A DNA stretch of 63,251 bases, the filler included, from Cercozoa sp. M6MM (lineage: Eukaryota; Protista; Endomyxa: Ascetosporea): assembly GCA_040357565.1 (NCBI GenBank). It is 9 parts of 9 records of this genome, joined end to end, with 100 filler letters (N's around TTAATTAATTAA, not from the genome) between each part and the next. Parts side by side here need not be neighbours in the genome. Positions count along the whole stretch, not along the records: positions 19,377 to 25,529 come from JBDODJ010000780.1; positions 25,630 to 36,641 come from JBDODJ010000420.1; positions 36,742 to 42,921 come from JBDODJ010000776.1; 6 more parts are not named here. One strand, given 5' to 3'. The position numbers were made by a program, and so were the translations under genes. Shown here in pieces: positions 24,673 to 37,444 of the stretch (positions are counted from its first letter, which is position 1; each line of letters opens with the position of its first letter). The notes under the pieces are model-generated. The model ran no database searches, was not told the DNA's origin, and was given only the letters and a program-made list of their open reading frames with translations.

Positions 24673-25440
24673 TCACTCGACGGCAAGAAGCTCGCGGAGT
24701 ATTGCAGTGTCTTGCATGTAGTGGTACCGCATCTGCACGTCGGTGTATTCGTAGTCCATGCCAACATCAGTAGCTGTTACAGCCGAGCAATGAACAAAGC
24801 CAGATGCACTTGGTGTTCCTACGATATAACGTACCCAATCGCATGTGCATGAAGGCGTTTTTCACAGTGGCACGATCGGCTCCTTCCCTGCTGTGCTTAA
24901 GGGCAACCTGCAGTCGCTTGCGCATCTCCTGTCGCGCCTGCTCCGAGCACGGGTGTGGCACCTCCAATGCCCTATGCGATCACCTTGTACAATCAAAGAG
25001 AGCAAATACACCAAGACAACATACCTGTCTGGTGCCGTGACTGTTCCTGCCGGCAGAAGCAAGGCCGCACGCAGCGCCAGCCAGGGACCGCAGTCGTCGC
25101 GGAAGCACAAATACAGCGATCTGTCAAAGTGCGCCATGCCTGCACAGACTCTCCATTTCAGTATAGCAGTCTGTTCGCCTGTGCTGATGGACAGAGTACC
25201 ACTGCAGTGTGCCAGTGTCTGGAAAGCAACCAATCTCCCCGGCGCAGTTTCGTTCGCGTAGCGCACTTCCACCTCTACAGTTCAAAGCAGGCATGTTGCG
25301 CCCAGGCTATGAGACAGACGGTGTTACCGGCAGGGTCGAGGTTCAGTTCGCGAGCCAGAGAGGAGGCCACACTCGTCACAACCTCTCGCACGAAACAGTC
25401 GATTGGATTGGCATGGCATTGCAGCTGCTTGTCCTACCGC
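24673..25440 (-). CDS. MMACHC: Cobalamin-processing enzyme CblC-like, 3' part
   Basis: PIDCFVREVV, RLVAFQTLAHCSGMAHFD, GPWLALRAALL, YEYTDVQMRYHY; truncated by a spacer. Confidence 0.75.
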
Positions 25441-25629
25441 GACAACGCATGTCAGGAAGGTGGCGACGGTGTATGTGTGTGTGTGTGTGTATGTGTGTGT
25501 GTGTGTGTGTGTATGTGTGTGTGTGTGTGNNNNNNNNNNNNNNNNNNNNNNNNNNNNNNNNNNNNNNNNNNNNTTAATTAATTAANNNNNNNNNNNNNNN
25601 NNNNNNNNNNNNNNNNNNNNNNNNNNNNN

Positions 25630-25679
<50 letters not shown>

Positions 25680-26146
25680 CAGACTCAAGCACCTCGATGG
25701 GCGGCCGCGAGGACTGCTGTCGAATCACGCGCCAGTGCGCGCACTTGTTCGAGTTGCACGCAAACACCGTCTGTGGCAGATGCAAAAATCAAGAACAAAC
25801 CGTCCAAGTGGTATAGCAAAGGGTACCAGCCATCGCGCGTGCGACAGAGGCGCGTACAGGTGACACACGTGCGCCAGACGACGCTCACACTTGGGACACC
25901 GCAGTGGACGCTCCAGTCTCAGTTTTGCGCTCGTGTTGGGCGCACCTAGTGGCCATGTCGGCTGCCCTCCGGCGTAGTCGAGTGTCTCCTCATCTATCGC
26001 GTCCGCGCGGAAGTTGCGCAGACTCAAGCCAGGCACGCCAAGATGCACGCTGAAAAAACAAGAAGATCGGGCAGAACATTGTTTGGTCAGTGAAACCTCA
26101 ATTATCCATTTTACATGTGCTCTTGACTCTGCGTAGCAATGGACAT
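25680..26146 (-). CDS. PDCD2/PDCD2L (Tsr4) family protein, 5' part
   Basis: VHLG...AGGQPTWP...CPKC...HLYAPL...VFACNSNKC..WRVIR. Confidence 0.8.
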
Positions 26147-26339
26147 GCCCCGACTGCAGCTTGCGCGACGTATAGTACTGTATGAAAACCAAAAATGTGT
26201 GTTCGGCTCGATTCGTTTCATGGGCTCACTTATAGCACAAAAATCCCAAACGAGCCGATACTTGCACAACGCGGCCAGCTGTTCTAGGAGCTGTGGACAA
26301 GGTCTGGAGTCGCTGCACGGAGGTTTGGTGACTCCGTAG

Positions 26340-27466
26340 ATGAACTCACGGCCACGCCAGATCCTCGGCGAGAGGTCAGGTGCTTTTCCTACACAACTGA
26401 GCCCGTTGGCTTTGCCAGTTTCTTTCGATTTTTCTCTCGTTTTCTTTTGACTTTTGGGTTGTTGTCATATGAAACATGTGGGCGGCAGAGCAACGTGTGT
26501 CACTTGCGGCGGCACCGCTGAAACCTTCGGCAGTTGTCGGTGATGCTGTCGAAAAACCTTCCCAGAACAGCGGCGACAATGTGAGCACTCAGAAAGACAC
26601 GCGTCCCAACAATGACCATACCAGCGACAAGGACGTCGCCGAGATTTCGGCTCAGGCGAAAAACGAAACAAAAGGCAGCGCGAAGGACGAAAGCGCACCG
26701 AAGAAACGCGTGCAGTTGCGTGCAGCTCCAGTGATCGATACGCGGGTACTTTATATTTATACTCCCTTTGGACCTTGGGTTGGTGCTGTCAATCACTACG
26801 GCTGTGCACGTGCTTGCAGAGATTAGACACACGTGCTGTCTCAGCTCCTACGACGGTACTTTTCCTGGGGAGGGGGGTGTGATTTCACCCGACATTGACT
26901 TGCTTTAGGCGATCGTGGAGAACTCTTTGCGCGTGCGTGGGCCACGCGTTCCTCTTGCGCAGTTGCAAAAGGCCCAGGTAGCTCTTTGCTTTTATCCTTG
27001 CTGTGCCTGTGTCTTTGTGTGTTTGTCGATGAATGTGTCGAGTGTGCAGAGAGAGACGCAGTCGGCCCAGGCGACTGCGCGAACGGCGCAGCGTCTGCTG
27101 CAGCGCGAACGAGCGCTCGCGCGACAACTGACCAAGCAGAACGACGAGCTGCAGGGTGTCAAGCAAGAACTGGTGCTTTCTCTTGTACTTTTCGACTCGT
27201 GTGCCTTCCTGTCAGCAAAGTGTCTCTGCCTGTACACAGGAGCTAGAGAGAAGCTTTCACAAGCAAACCTTGCTGCTCAAAACGGTGGCCGAATCCGACA
27301 CGGCCTTTGCGCACGAGCAGTTGCGTCTCCTGCAAGAGGTAGTCTTATGCCTGATATTTATCCCGTCTGTGTTTTTGTTTTCTTTGACTGTGCCTTGTTT
27401 TGCCTCTCACAGCAAACAGAACACGAACGACCGGCGAAACGACGCCGCTTGCGGCGACAGTCATGA
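26340..27466 (+). CDS. Hypothetical coiled-coil protein
   Basis: Multi-exon; coiled coil RERALARQLTKQNDELQGVKQEL; basic C-terminus PAKRRRLRRQS. Confidence 0.5.
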
Positions 27467-27757
27467 GTTTCACGGCAGCCCGTCCTGTTGGACCACCAGA
27501 GCAGTGGTCTCCGAGGTCTGTCCAGCCGCCAGTGATTGAGTTTTCCTTTCTCCGTGCGACGTCGTAATTCACACATCTTAGCCCGGTCGCATAACATTGC
27601 ATTGAAAATCTACGCCAGGCGGTAACGTGATAAGTTAGTTGCTAGTTGCCAGTCACGCTACACGCACGACAGATGACAACATTAAAATCCGTCATCCCGA
27701 CTCCAACTCCGATAGTTGCGCGTGAGTGCTCGCACTTGAAGCCCAGTTGACGACTGG

Positions 27758-28939
27758 CTACTCGGGTTTGATATGCGCAAAATCGTCGCTCTCGTCGAAC
27801 GGGATCATCGGCGACTGCAGGTGCTGCTGCTGCGCCCACAGCTCGGCACGGTCGTAGCCGAACGCCTGTGACCAAGACCATGTGTATCGCATTTCTCGAG
27901 ATAGACCGACATCAAGAAAGCACGGTGTGGTACCTCCGGGTTCTTGAGCGTGTACGGGTTCGGACGCGCCGGACGCGCCTTACGCATCTCGCCCGCTCGG
28001 TCCACAAGCTCGATGAAAGCCAATTCGCTCTGCAATCATAAACACAGATATACTATAATGTATAAATAATGTACAAGAACATACCTTATCGAACGGGTTG
28101 GTGCGCGTACGCAGGATACGCGTGTAGCCACCGTCGCGGTACTTGTACTTGTCAGCGAGCTGCATACACGCGGCGGTAACACAGAGAGGGGGGTGTACGA
28201 AAGGCGAGTAGGGTCAAAGCTACGTCCTCAACAAGCATGCGCCACAGGTCGACATCCTCGAGCACCGGGCGCGTGATCACGCTCTTGCGGGCTTCCTGCA
28301 GACAGGGGTATACACGAGCAGGAGGCACCAAGAAACTAAAGGAAAGGCGTACTGAGTTATCTCCCAGTTCGACCTCGACAACCTGCTGTCGCCAGACACG
28401 CAGCGGACGCAGCAACTTGCGTGCCTTGCGCTCCGTACCTGTTGCAAGTTTAAGTAATACCAGTCAACAGCAACACTTCCCTCCCCCAGGAATACAAGTG
28501 TACCAACGTTTGGGTTGCTACGGAATCTCTTGGCCAGAGTGATCAGCTTCTCTGTGCAACAGACACCTCCTCGCACACACACGAAACAAACCAACTGGGG
28601 TGTACCGACGACCCGCTGGACCTCCTTGGCGCGCGTCGTTGTCGTTTCGATGCGCTGTCTGTAGAGCACTTGCGCCGCCATGTTCCTGTCCCCAACACAA
28701 TATGCGATGCGTACTTCGTCACAAGAAAAACAAAAACAACCAACAGAATCACAATCAAATTTAGATCAGTTCAAAACATGCAATCGCTCGGAAATACACA
28801 AGAAAGTAGCGCGCCCACAAAATGCTCCATGTAGTGAATGCATCAGGGGCGACACACGGCACTGGCTGCAGTACCTCAACATAGCACGCTTATGCGAGCG
28901 AGTTCTGCCGAGCGAACGCCACTTGCGCTGATGTCGCAT
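27758..28939 (-). CDS. MRPL17: Mitochondrial ribosomal protein bL17m
   Basis: MRHQRKWRSLGRTRSHKRAMLRNM, RIETTTTRAKE, EKLITLAKR, YKYRDGGYTRILR, LAFIELVDR. Confidence 0.92.
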
Positions 28940-29125
28940 GGCGTTGTTCTACACTGATCACACTACGGCAACTGCGGGCAGGACCAGTTGAGCTTAGTTC
29001 TCGGGCACTGAAATCACTGGCTATTGGACCGTCCAGTTCAACTTTTCTTTAAAATATTGCTACACTATATCGTCGCTCCGCCAGCACTGCGCAACGGTAG
29101 CGGCTCAGTTACTTGAAATGCACGA

Positions 29126-31323
29126 ATGTCTAGGCGTGTGTACATTGCGTTAGGTGCTAATTTGGGCGATCGCGCTGCTGCCCTGACGGTTCAATAGAAA
29201 TATATCCCCCATCGATGCCTTGATACGATGTCGCTTCGTCACAGGCAGCATGGCAGTGCTTGCAGCGGCACCCGCGGATCAACGGCGTAGCCACATCTCA
29301 GGCCTTTGATTCGACGCCTATGTACGAGTCAAATCAGCCGCGGTTTCTCAATGCCGTCGTGTGCGTCGACACGACACTGCCGCCTATGTAAGTTCCATGC
29401 AGTATGGACTTAGTGCGTGTGGAGTATGTTTGTGTTGCTACCTAGGGAGCTACTGCTGTCGGCGAAACAAATCGAAGCAGAGTTAGGTCGGCAAGCGAGG
29501 TCTCTTTTTGTGTCTGAGATATTAGCAATATGTCGCAAGGATCCTGCGCAGTGCGAGGAATGGTCCGCGCCAGATCGATGTGGACATTGTTGCCTTTGAG
29601 GACGGTGCGCGTTTCTCCAGCCCTCACAGTGGGCACAGTGGTCACAGTGATCGATCAGATGAACAACTGGGTCGCGAGATGCCGCTTGAGGTGCCACATC
29701 CGCGTGCGTGCGAGCGTAGCTTCGTGCGCCGGCCACTGCAAGAGCTACTTCGCTCGGTGTACGGACTGGACGACTCGGCCGCTGCCCAGAGGGTGCGTAA
29801 CCTTGTCTGACCTATCTTTGGCTTGCTCAGCTGTCACCTGCTTGCATCTTGTTTCTCACAGGTAGACGAACTAGTCGGTACTGCTCCTGCAGACTACAGT
29901 ATCGAGGAAGAGAGCAGCATGCAGACTGTGCTGTCCCTGGGCAGCACCGTGCTTATGCAGGGTGGCACACCTTTGATCATGGGCATTGTAAACTGCACGC
30001 CCGACAGCTTTAGCGACGGCGGGCTTTGTCTCGATCGTGACGCGGCCGTGCGGCACGCCAGACAGCTGCTCGAGGCCGGTGCCGACATTCTCGACATCGG
30101 CGGTCTCTCGACTCGTCCAGGCGCCGACTTTGGCTCTGCGCAGCTTGAGGTACACTCACGGGCTCAGAGTGACTTTGAAAAGGTCAAGTGGCACCTGTGC
30201 GAAGAGAGACAGAGTGCTTCCCGTGATCGAGAGCATTCGTCGCGAGCATGCGACGGTCCCAGTATCAGTGGACACGTTCCGTCCGAGTGTGGCACGTGCT
30301 GCGTTCGAGGCTGGCGCCACCTTGCTCAACGACGTTAGTGGTACTTTGCAGTACTGATACTTTCCTTACCCTTTACCCCATGCCTCCTCTATTGGACTGC
30401 ACAGGCGGCACAGGACACACCTGGGACACGACAGAGCACGAGACAATGTTCCAAGTTGCCGCTCGGTGCGGTGGTATTTCTTGCTCCATTTTTCCTCGTC
30501 CAGTACCTTTGGGTCCTTCCCTGCTGTAGCACCTTTGTGCGTGATGCACACGCGAGGGTCGCCGCAGCAGATGGCACTCAACGCACATTATGATGACGTC
30601 GTTACCGATGTTCGCACGTAGGCCGATCTTTTGCCCCCCCCCCCCCGTGTGCAGTTGTTCTATTGTAGTGAATTACAAGCACATCTCGACGAGGCTCAAC
30701 GTGAGGTATGTGTTAAACATCAGTGTTACACCTTTAACTTTGTTCTTTCTCTTCCTTAGGGAGTGCCGGCATGGAATCTGATTGCTGACGTCGGCATCGG
30801 CTTCGCCAAGAACGCGCGGCACAACTGGCAGCTCTGTCGGTAGTCTCGGAGTTACCACTGACCCTCACCTCTACCGTCTTACACAGAACTTGTATTCTTT
30901 ACTTCTGCCGTGTAGTGAACTGGAAGCAGCGCATCCAGCGAGTTTCGCCAGTCTGTTTGGTCCTTCGCGCAAGCGCTTCCTTGCCTCTGCATTGGCAAGT
31001 TGGTGTATATGACTGCCTTGTTGTTCCTCGCTTTGAATACATTGTCACGCACAGCAAGATGCTGGCTGCGGCACGGACAATGCACAGCGCGATCTTGCCA
31101 CGGCCTCTCTCATTGGCTCACTGCCCTTGTACTTTTGCATGTATCTCTTTGTGTGCGCGTGTGTCTGTATCTGTAGTTCTCATTTTTAACTGCCCATCTA
31201 AACGTTGTCTGTAACATTAAGGGGCTACTATGTTTCAGCACACCGAGCATCGTGCGCGTGCATAACGTGGCGACCACGCGTGCTGCTCTCGTCGTGCGAC
31301 GCATGCTGCGGCAACTTCCGTGA
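29126..31323 (+). CDS. Bifunctional HPPK-dihydropteroate synthase (FolK-FolP)
   Basis: HPPK motifs [20 protein letters not shown]...[23 protein letters not shown]; DHPS motifs [61 protein letters not shown]. Confidence 0.95.
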
Positions 31324-31482
31324 CGTGGTTGGAAAACATCACGTTTCTTCGCTTACCTCTTTATCATCGTACGCAGGTTACACTACGATTCCCGCTAAAT
31401 TATCGTATGGTACTGATAGATACACCCGCGCTACCGGCAATCGCATCGTTTCGTACAGTGCTAGTATGCGTCAGGTACGTAG

Positions 31483-34288
31483 TCAGTGTCCGGGCTCGTC
31501 ACGCAGGTCGGGCTGCGGCTCCCGGCCCGGAATCGATCTCGCCGGCGTGTGCGTTGGTGTGACGGTCGTATCAAGGTCATCACGATGACCTGCGTCGGTG
31601 GCCAGATCGGCGCTGCCAAACGTGAACGCCGACTCACGTGGGTCCTCCCACGGAGTTGTCTGTGATACGAATAAGTGAAGAATATTGCCACATAGCGGAT
31701 TGAATAGACTCTCACGGAGGGATACCGTGGCGATATAGGCACCGGCAATGCTACCGGCATCCGTGCTATTGTCGCTTGAGCTCTCGCTTTCTTTAAACAC
31801 GAAAGAGATGCCGATATTCAATGTGAGACAGCGTAAATGAAGTCTAATTACCGAGCGAACCCGGCTCGCCTTCATCCTCCAGACTGCTTTCTTCAGCTGG
31901 AGTTGACACAAAACAGTATGTTGGCTCCTTGAGGCTCGGTAGGCATACGCAAGTAAAATTTACCTTCTTGCCCAACGACGGATAGTGTGCGACCAGTTTC
32001 GTCGTCTTGGTTGTGCGTGTAGGTGAAGCCTCTGTGACAGGATGAGCAGTGGACACTGAGCAGGAAGTTGTGTGCTCTTAAGAGAACAATGAACGTACGC
32101 AAAATGCTGCTGCACCGAGGCAGGCGTGGCAGGCGTGTCGTGAGGCACCATGTGTCGAAACTCGTCCGCAATGTGTCTCTAAGATCACGAAAGTAGTTAT
32201 CTCACCCGTTGCGGCTTGGCACTTCCACAAGAGTGTAGCCTACTGTATCCTCAGGACCGCTGACTACGGGTCTAAACGGAGGTTCCACTTTGAGTGCCTC
32301 CTATACACACCACGGAGGTCTGTATTGAGAGAAGGGAGGTCAGCTGTATGAAAGAAGACTACCAGATCGCACCAAGGAATGTTGCGGAACCACGGGTGGC
32401 TGAACACGGCGTCGTCGCGCAAACGTTTCTTCGGGTCACGGCGCAGCAGTGATCTAAAGCAAGACAACCCTCTGCAGCTAAGTGTACACTTTATCCTGTC
32501 ACCGATTAGTCTCATACCGGAGGAAGTCGTCGCACTCGAGTGACACGCTCGAGACGCGCGGAATGGGTGCCCTAAAATACATTTGTGGATGGAAGTTGCA
32601 TGCATGAACTAACTTTAAACCTCATCAGTGTGCGACTTACTTGAGGATGAGCTTGTACATCGCCTGTCGTTTCTCCGCGTAGAATGGCGGTTGACCCGTC
32701 AACATCTCTGCATGGACCCACTTATGTAGCTGCAGTATCGAGTTGCGGAAGTTCACTTTTCATGTACCGAAAACGAGGCAGCCAAGCGACCACCAGTCGA
32801 CGGCAGAGTCGTATGCCTTGGCAGCCAAGACCTCCGGGGCGATGTACTCGGGCGTACCACAAAAGGTGCGGGCAAAGTCGTTTTCGCCAAGAAGTTGCTT
32901 GCTCAAGCCAAAGTCCGTCAGTCTGCAGTATACAATTATTGAAGCGACTCATCATCCATGTGGACAGTAAAGTACACTGCATACCTGACATGCCCGTCGG
33001 CGCCAAAGATGAGATTCTCAGGTTTCAAATCGCGATACACCACGTTGTGCTTGTGCAGGTGTCGCAGCGCACACGCAATCTCGGCGGCGTAGAACTTTGC
33101 CACCGGCTCCGCAAAACAGCGCTGCTGTGCCAAGTGGTAGAACAACTCGCCTGAATTTGAACAATGAGGACATATCAACGATCACTGAGTTCGTATCCTG
33201 GTTGTGAGTTTACCACCATTGAACAGCTCCATGACTAAGAATAGCTTGTGATGCGTTTGGAAGGCGAAGCGAAGTTGCACCAAAAACGGGTGCTTCATCT
33301 GTAAACGACAACGGATAAAGTCTAATTACCACTGGACACAGCAATTGAGCACCTCGCCAAGCAGGCGTCGCTCGACGAGTGTGTTGAGAATCTGCTTTTG
33401 CTCCACAAGTCGCTTCTTCTTGAGAACCTAAGTGTCACCACGTAAATATTCTATGCTTGTAATTTTATGCCTCAAGTCTTACCTTCATCGCGAAGACTTC
33501 ACCAGTACCGCGATGCTTGACTTGGAACACCTTTCCAAAACTGCCAGTACCGAGAACGGCGAGAATGTCAAAGTCCGCAGCGCTTAATTTCGTGCCTGTT
33601 TTAAGCATGATAGCTGACACGATTTATACGAGGAAAGCAAGCACCTCGGAAGCTGCACAATGCAGTGTCGAGTGGCACATTGTCGGAAGCAACGCTGTCG
33701 TTGCTACCGCTGTTGCCTTGCTTGTTTTCCAGTTCCTTTTTCGCCTAAGTTACAGCACAGAATCACTCACTTCAGTTAACCTTGTCCAGCCACAGTACTG
33801 AGACTGCTGATCTACTGTACATCTTGAATGGCTTGTGATGACGGGCGGCAGCACAACCAGTCGCAAATCGACATCTCAAGTCGCGGCGAACCAAGGCACA
33901 CCCTTCCAAAAGATAGCAAGCGGCTATGGGGCACTCCAATACCTCTAATTCGTGTTTCGAGCCAATCACACTCACTTTCTGCCCTATGTGTCTTTATTCC
34001 CGCGCGCTGGTTTCAGCGTTCCTAAACTCCGAACGCAAGCGCCGTCTTCCGGTCCGAGAATGCCGCCTGGTTGTTTCACGGTTAAAATCCAAAAGTTAGC
34101 ATCAGGCGATTCGGACTTTCTCTATTGAACGTAATTAACCACCCTGTGTAGCCTACAGAGGCGCAATTGTAGTGCAGCGATGACTGCTTTGTGCCCAATA
34201 TGCCACGGCAGAATAGCAAACTGCAACTCAAACTGCCGCATTGATGAATTAGTAGATTTATACTTCTGATTGCTGATAGAGATATCAT
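31483..34288 (-). CDS. AGC-family Ser/Thr kinase (Akt/SGK/S6K-like), possibly with an N-terminal PH-like region
   Basis: [56 protein letters not shown], hydrophobic motif GFTY. Kinase core spans about 32260-33608; 5' extent uncertain. Confidence 0.9.
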
Positions 34289-34464
34289 ACAGCTATCCTA
34301 TGCCTGTTGTGTAGAACACGGAGCATTTGTTTTCGCAGTCGTCTTCATCTTCCAATGTCAGCACAGACACCATAAGTGTTGATCGACCTGTAAATTTACT
34401 TAAGTTTGTAAGTTTACTTCGCACAGGGGTGCCTTTATTTCTGCTGATAGACAGTAGAAACGAA

Positions 34465-35333
34465 ATGTCGGCACAAGTACCATCGACGATGCTTGAACAA
34501 GTGGCTCAGACTCTCGGAGCACTGCCCGATGTGCGTAAGTTTCGTCTTGCACTGTACTTACTTTAGAAAACAACGATGCAACACTGTCCTTTTAGAGAAA
34601 GCAACTGCATGCGATACCGATTCGGTATCGTCGCTTCATGATTGGCGAAACGCCTGCACTGCTACTGAACGACGGACGCGCGAACCGCGAACGCAGTGCT
34701 GCAGAGTCTGCCATCTTGTTGCTTCTCTCAGGCATCGGTACACACCCGGCACCCCCATGTTTTGTCCTTCACCGAAATGAGTGCAGTTGGTATCACTGTA
34801 GCCTGTCTCTTGGTCGAACTGACGGTAGTTGCGCTGTTGTCGGCAATGTTTGGCGCCTGTGTTCGTGCGGATAGCGACGACTTTGACGACAGAGAGTCCG
34901 CGCGGATGCAAGCGTCACCAGTCAACACACAGTCGTGGCTGCTTGTTCTCAGTGCGTCGACCTGCTGCTTTCTCGGAGTCTTCTACCACTCCTAGTGTGT
35001 TCGCCCTCTGCCCGCCGCAGTCGGGTGTGTTAAATCTACCTTTGCATGCACGCAGCTACACCCGAAATTGGCGAAATGTCGTTGTGGTCACCAGTGCCTT
35101 CTACTGCATAGTTGCTCTGCACATGGCACGAACCGTACCACCCCTCTGCCTTTCTGTAAACCTTCTCGGAACTGAAATCTGTGCATGCGTCTGAGGTTTT
35201 CAGAGTGGAATCCCGACGTATCGCTGCGAGGCCTGGCTACAAAAGTCAGCCGGCAATGTATGGACCCTCGCGCAGTGTCTGCCGGCGGTCATGGTTCTGA
35301 TGAGCGTGTTGCAGACGCTCATCCAAAACAACT
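34465..35333 (+). CDS. Hypothetical multi-pass membrane protein
   Basis: Short exons with hydrophobic segments such as VGITVACLLVELTVVALLSAMFG and WLLVLSASTCCFLGVFY. Confidence 0.45.
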
Positions 35334-35559
35334 GAGGCCACCCCACAAGCGATCGGTCAGCGGCTCGTTTTGTTGTTTTCTCGGGTTATCTGCATTATCA
35401 ACGTTGAGGCTCGCTTTATTAGGTTATGTTATTTCTCCTTATGCTCGGCACGCCAAGAAATGAACGAAACACTTAATTTTGTTAAGGCTACATCAATAAA
35501 TTGCAAGACCGAGAAAATTAGTGCCATCAGAGAGCGCAGAGAGTGCCTAGGTGGCAAAA

Positions 35560-36570
35560 CGATGTCTGCAATACCAGCGATTGCCAAGGTAGCTATTCTA
35601 TGCGTGGGATGCAATGTTTGACACATGTGGATCTGTGTGATGTGTGTTGGTGTTGTGTAGACATCGGCGCTGCGCGCGGCGCGCAAAAGCGTGGCTCCGC
35701 GGCGGCAACAGCGTCCAAGATTCGAGTTATACGAGGTAGTGCATTCATACCAGTCTAGCAGAGGTGGATATGGGCGATATTCTAACGTTAGTCGCAATAC
35801 GCGTCCTTCCTGCGACGCACGTGGCTGCGACTCGGCGTATCGGCGTGGCTACAGCAGCAGACGGTTCTCCAGGCACTGTGGATACTCGCTGCTGTTGGTG
35901 GAGGTACTTTCTGCCCTGTGTACCTCCTCACTACCCTGCATAGCCCTCTATACCCCTGTGTATCCTCCTGTATACCCATGTATGCCCCTGTACTGTACAC
36001 CCCATCTGCACCAGGAGTATCGACCTCACAGACGGTGCAGGTGTCGGTGCGTCTGTGTGTGTCATCATTGGTGACACTGACACTGCGGACTCTATGTCTA
36101 TCACTACTGCACGACCGCGCGGACGGTTGCAACAGCGTGTCACGTGCGTCGACGGTGCCTGCCGGTGTCGATGTCGGCGTTGATGACAGCGAGGCCGTGT
36201 TCGCACTGTCGCACCCGATGCGCGCTTTGTCGCACCCGCTCAGAGTGACGCTTGTGGCTGCGCATGTGTGTGGTACTATCCCCCAATTTACCCCCTCCCC
36301 TCCCCCCATTTACACCCCCTTTTTGCCGCCTCTTACCCCGACTTTACCCCGACTTTACCCCCGACTTTACGCCCCCCCATTTTCTGCCCCCACAGGCGCA
36401 GTTTCGGCCGGCAGTGCCGTGGTGGAGGCGGTGCAGGGCGAGGCGACAACAGGCGTGTTCGTGGAGGACAGTGTCGTCGATGTTGACATGTTGGGAGTGC
36501 GCTGTGTTTTGGCACTCGGCGGCCTCGTTCTCGGTCTGTGCGATGCCTTGCCTGGTGCGCTCTGCCTCCG
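35560..36570 (+). CDS. Hypothetical protein 5' fragment (weak resemblance to the APC1 N-terminus)
   Basis: GC-rich exons separated by C-rich introns; VFALSHPMRAL recalls the APC1 FSLxHP motif; truncated by a spacer. Confidence 0.3.
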
Positions 36571-36741
36571 TCCCCTTCACCCTTTACCCCTTTACCCCTT
36601 TACCCTTTACCCCTTCACCCTTTATCCCTTTACCCTTTACCNNNNNNNNNNNNNNNNNNNNNNNNNNNNNNNNNNNNNNNNNNNNTTAATTAATTAANNN
36701 NNNNNNNNNNNNNNNNNNNNNNNNNNNNNNNNNNNNNNNNN

Positions 36742-36790
<49 letters not shown>

Positions 36791-37030
36791 ATATATATAT
36801 ATATATATATATTTTATATATATGCAATTTACTGACCCGTGTGCACAGGCACATATGACCAGATGGTGCCGCGCACGCACCGCCAGCGCAAGGATTGAAC
36901 CCCTTCCAAGTCCTGTACGCTACTTGCCCACCAGCGTGTAAATTGTCTCGTCAGCGCAGTCGCTTTCAGGTACAATAACATAACGTAAGCAACACACTGC
37001 CAAGCGAGGTCAGCAGTACACGTAATATGA

Positions 37031-37390
37031 TCGATGCGCGAACTGAATAATACGTCAGCACGGCGTTACATTTTTTTCACATTTAGCCCGGCCTGAGTTT
37101 ACGGCTTTAAGTCGAGTGGAGCTAATCGGAATCGGGCCCTGTGTGGCTCGGCAGTGACTGGATAAAGCAACTATGATCTTCTTTGGACCGGCAGTACACA
37201 TCGCGTAATATCTTCTTTAGTCGACACTAAATTCTCACAAACTGGTCTCAAGTGGTTCGCGCTGGACGTTCTCGGAGTTATGCTACTCCAGTAAATTGAC
37301 TTCTACGAGTTATGTGCACGGGGTGTGGTCGATGCGCAAACTGAATAATACGATACTTCAGTATTACATTATTTTCACGTTCAGCCCCGA
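37031..37390. repeat. Imperfect ~60-nt direct repeat pair
   Basis: TCGATGCGCgAACTGAATAATACG...TTACATT..TTTCACaTTtAGCCC at 37031-37091 versus TCGATGCGCaAACTGAATAATACG...TTACATT..TTTCACgTTcAGCCC at 37329-37390. Confidence 0.85.
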
Positions 37391-37444
37391 GTGGCAGTCA
37401 GGTTCTTACGATACAGCACGCAACCTTCTGCCAATACCCATGTA

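Noticed and set aside
24673-31323. A vitamin gene cluster (MMACHC with HPPK-DHPS)
   Set aside because: The genes are on different contigs separated by an artificial spacer.
37031-37390. CRISPR-like array or LTR element
   Set aside because: Only two diverged copies, with no regular spacers, TG..CA ends or internal coding capacity.
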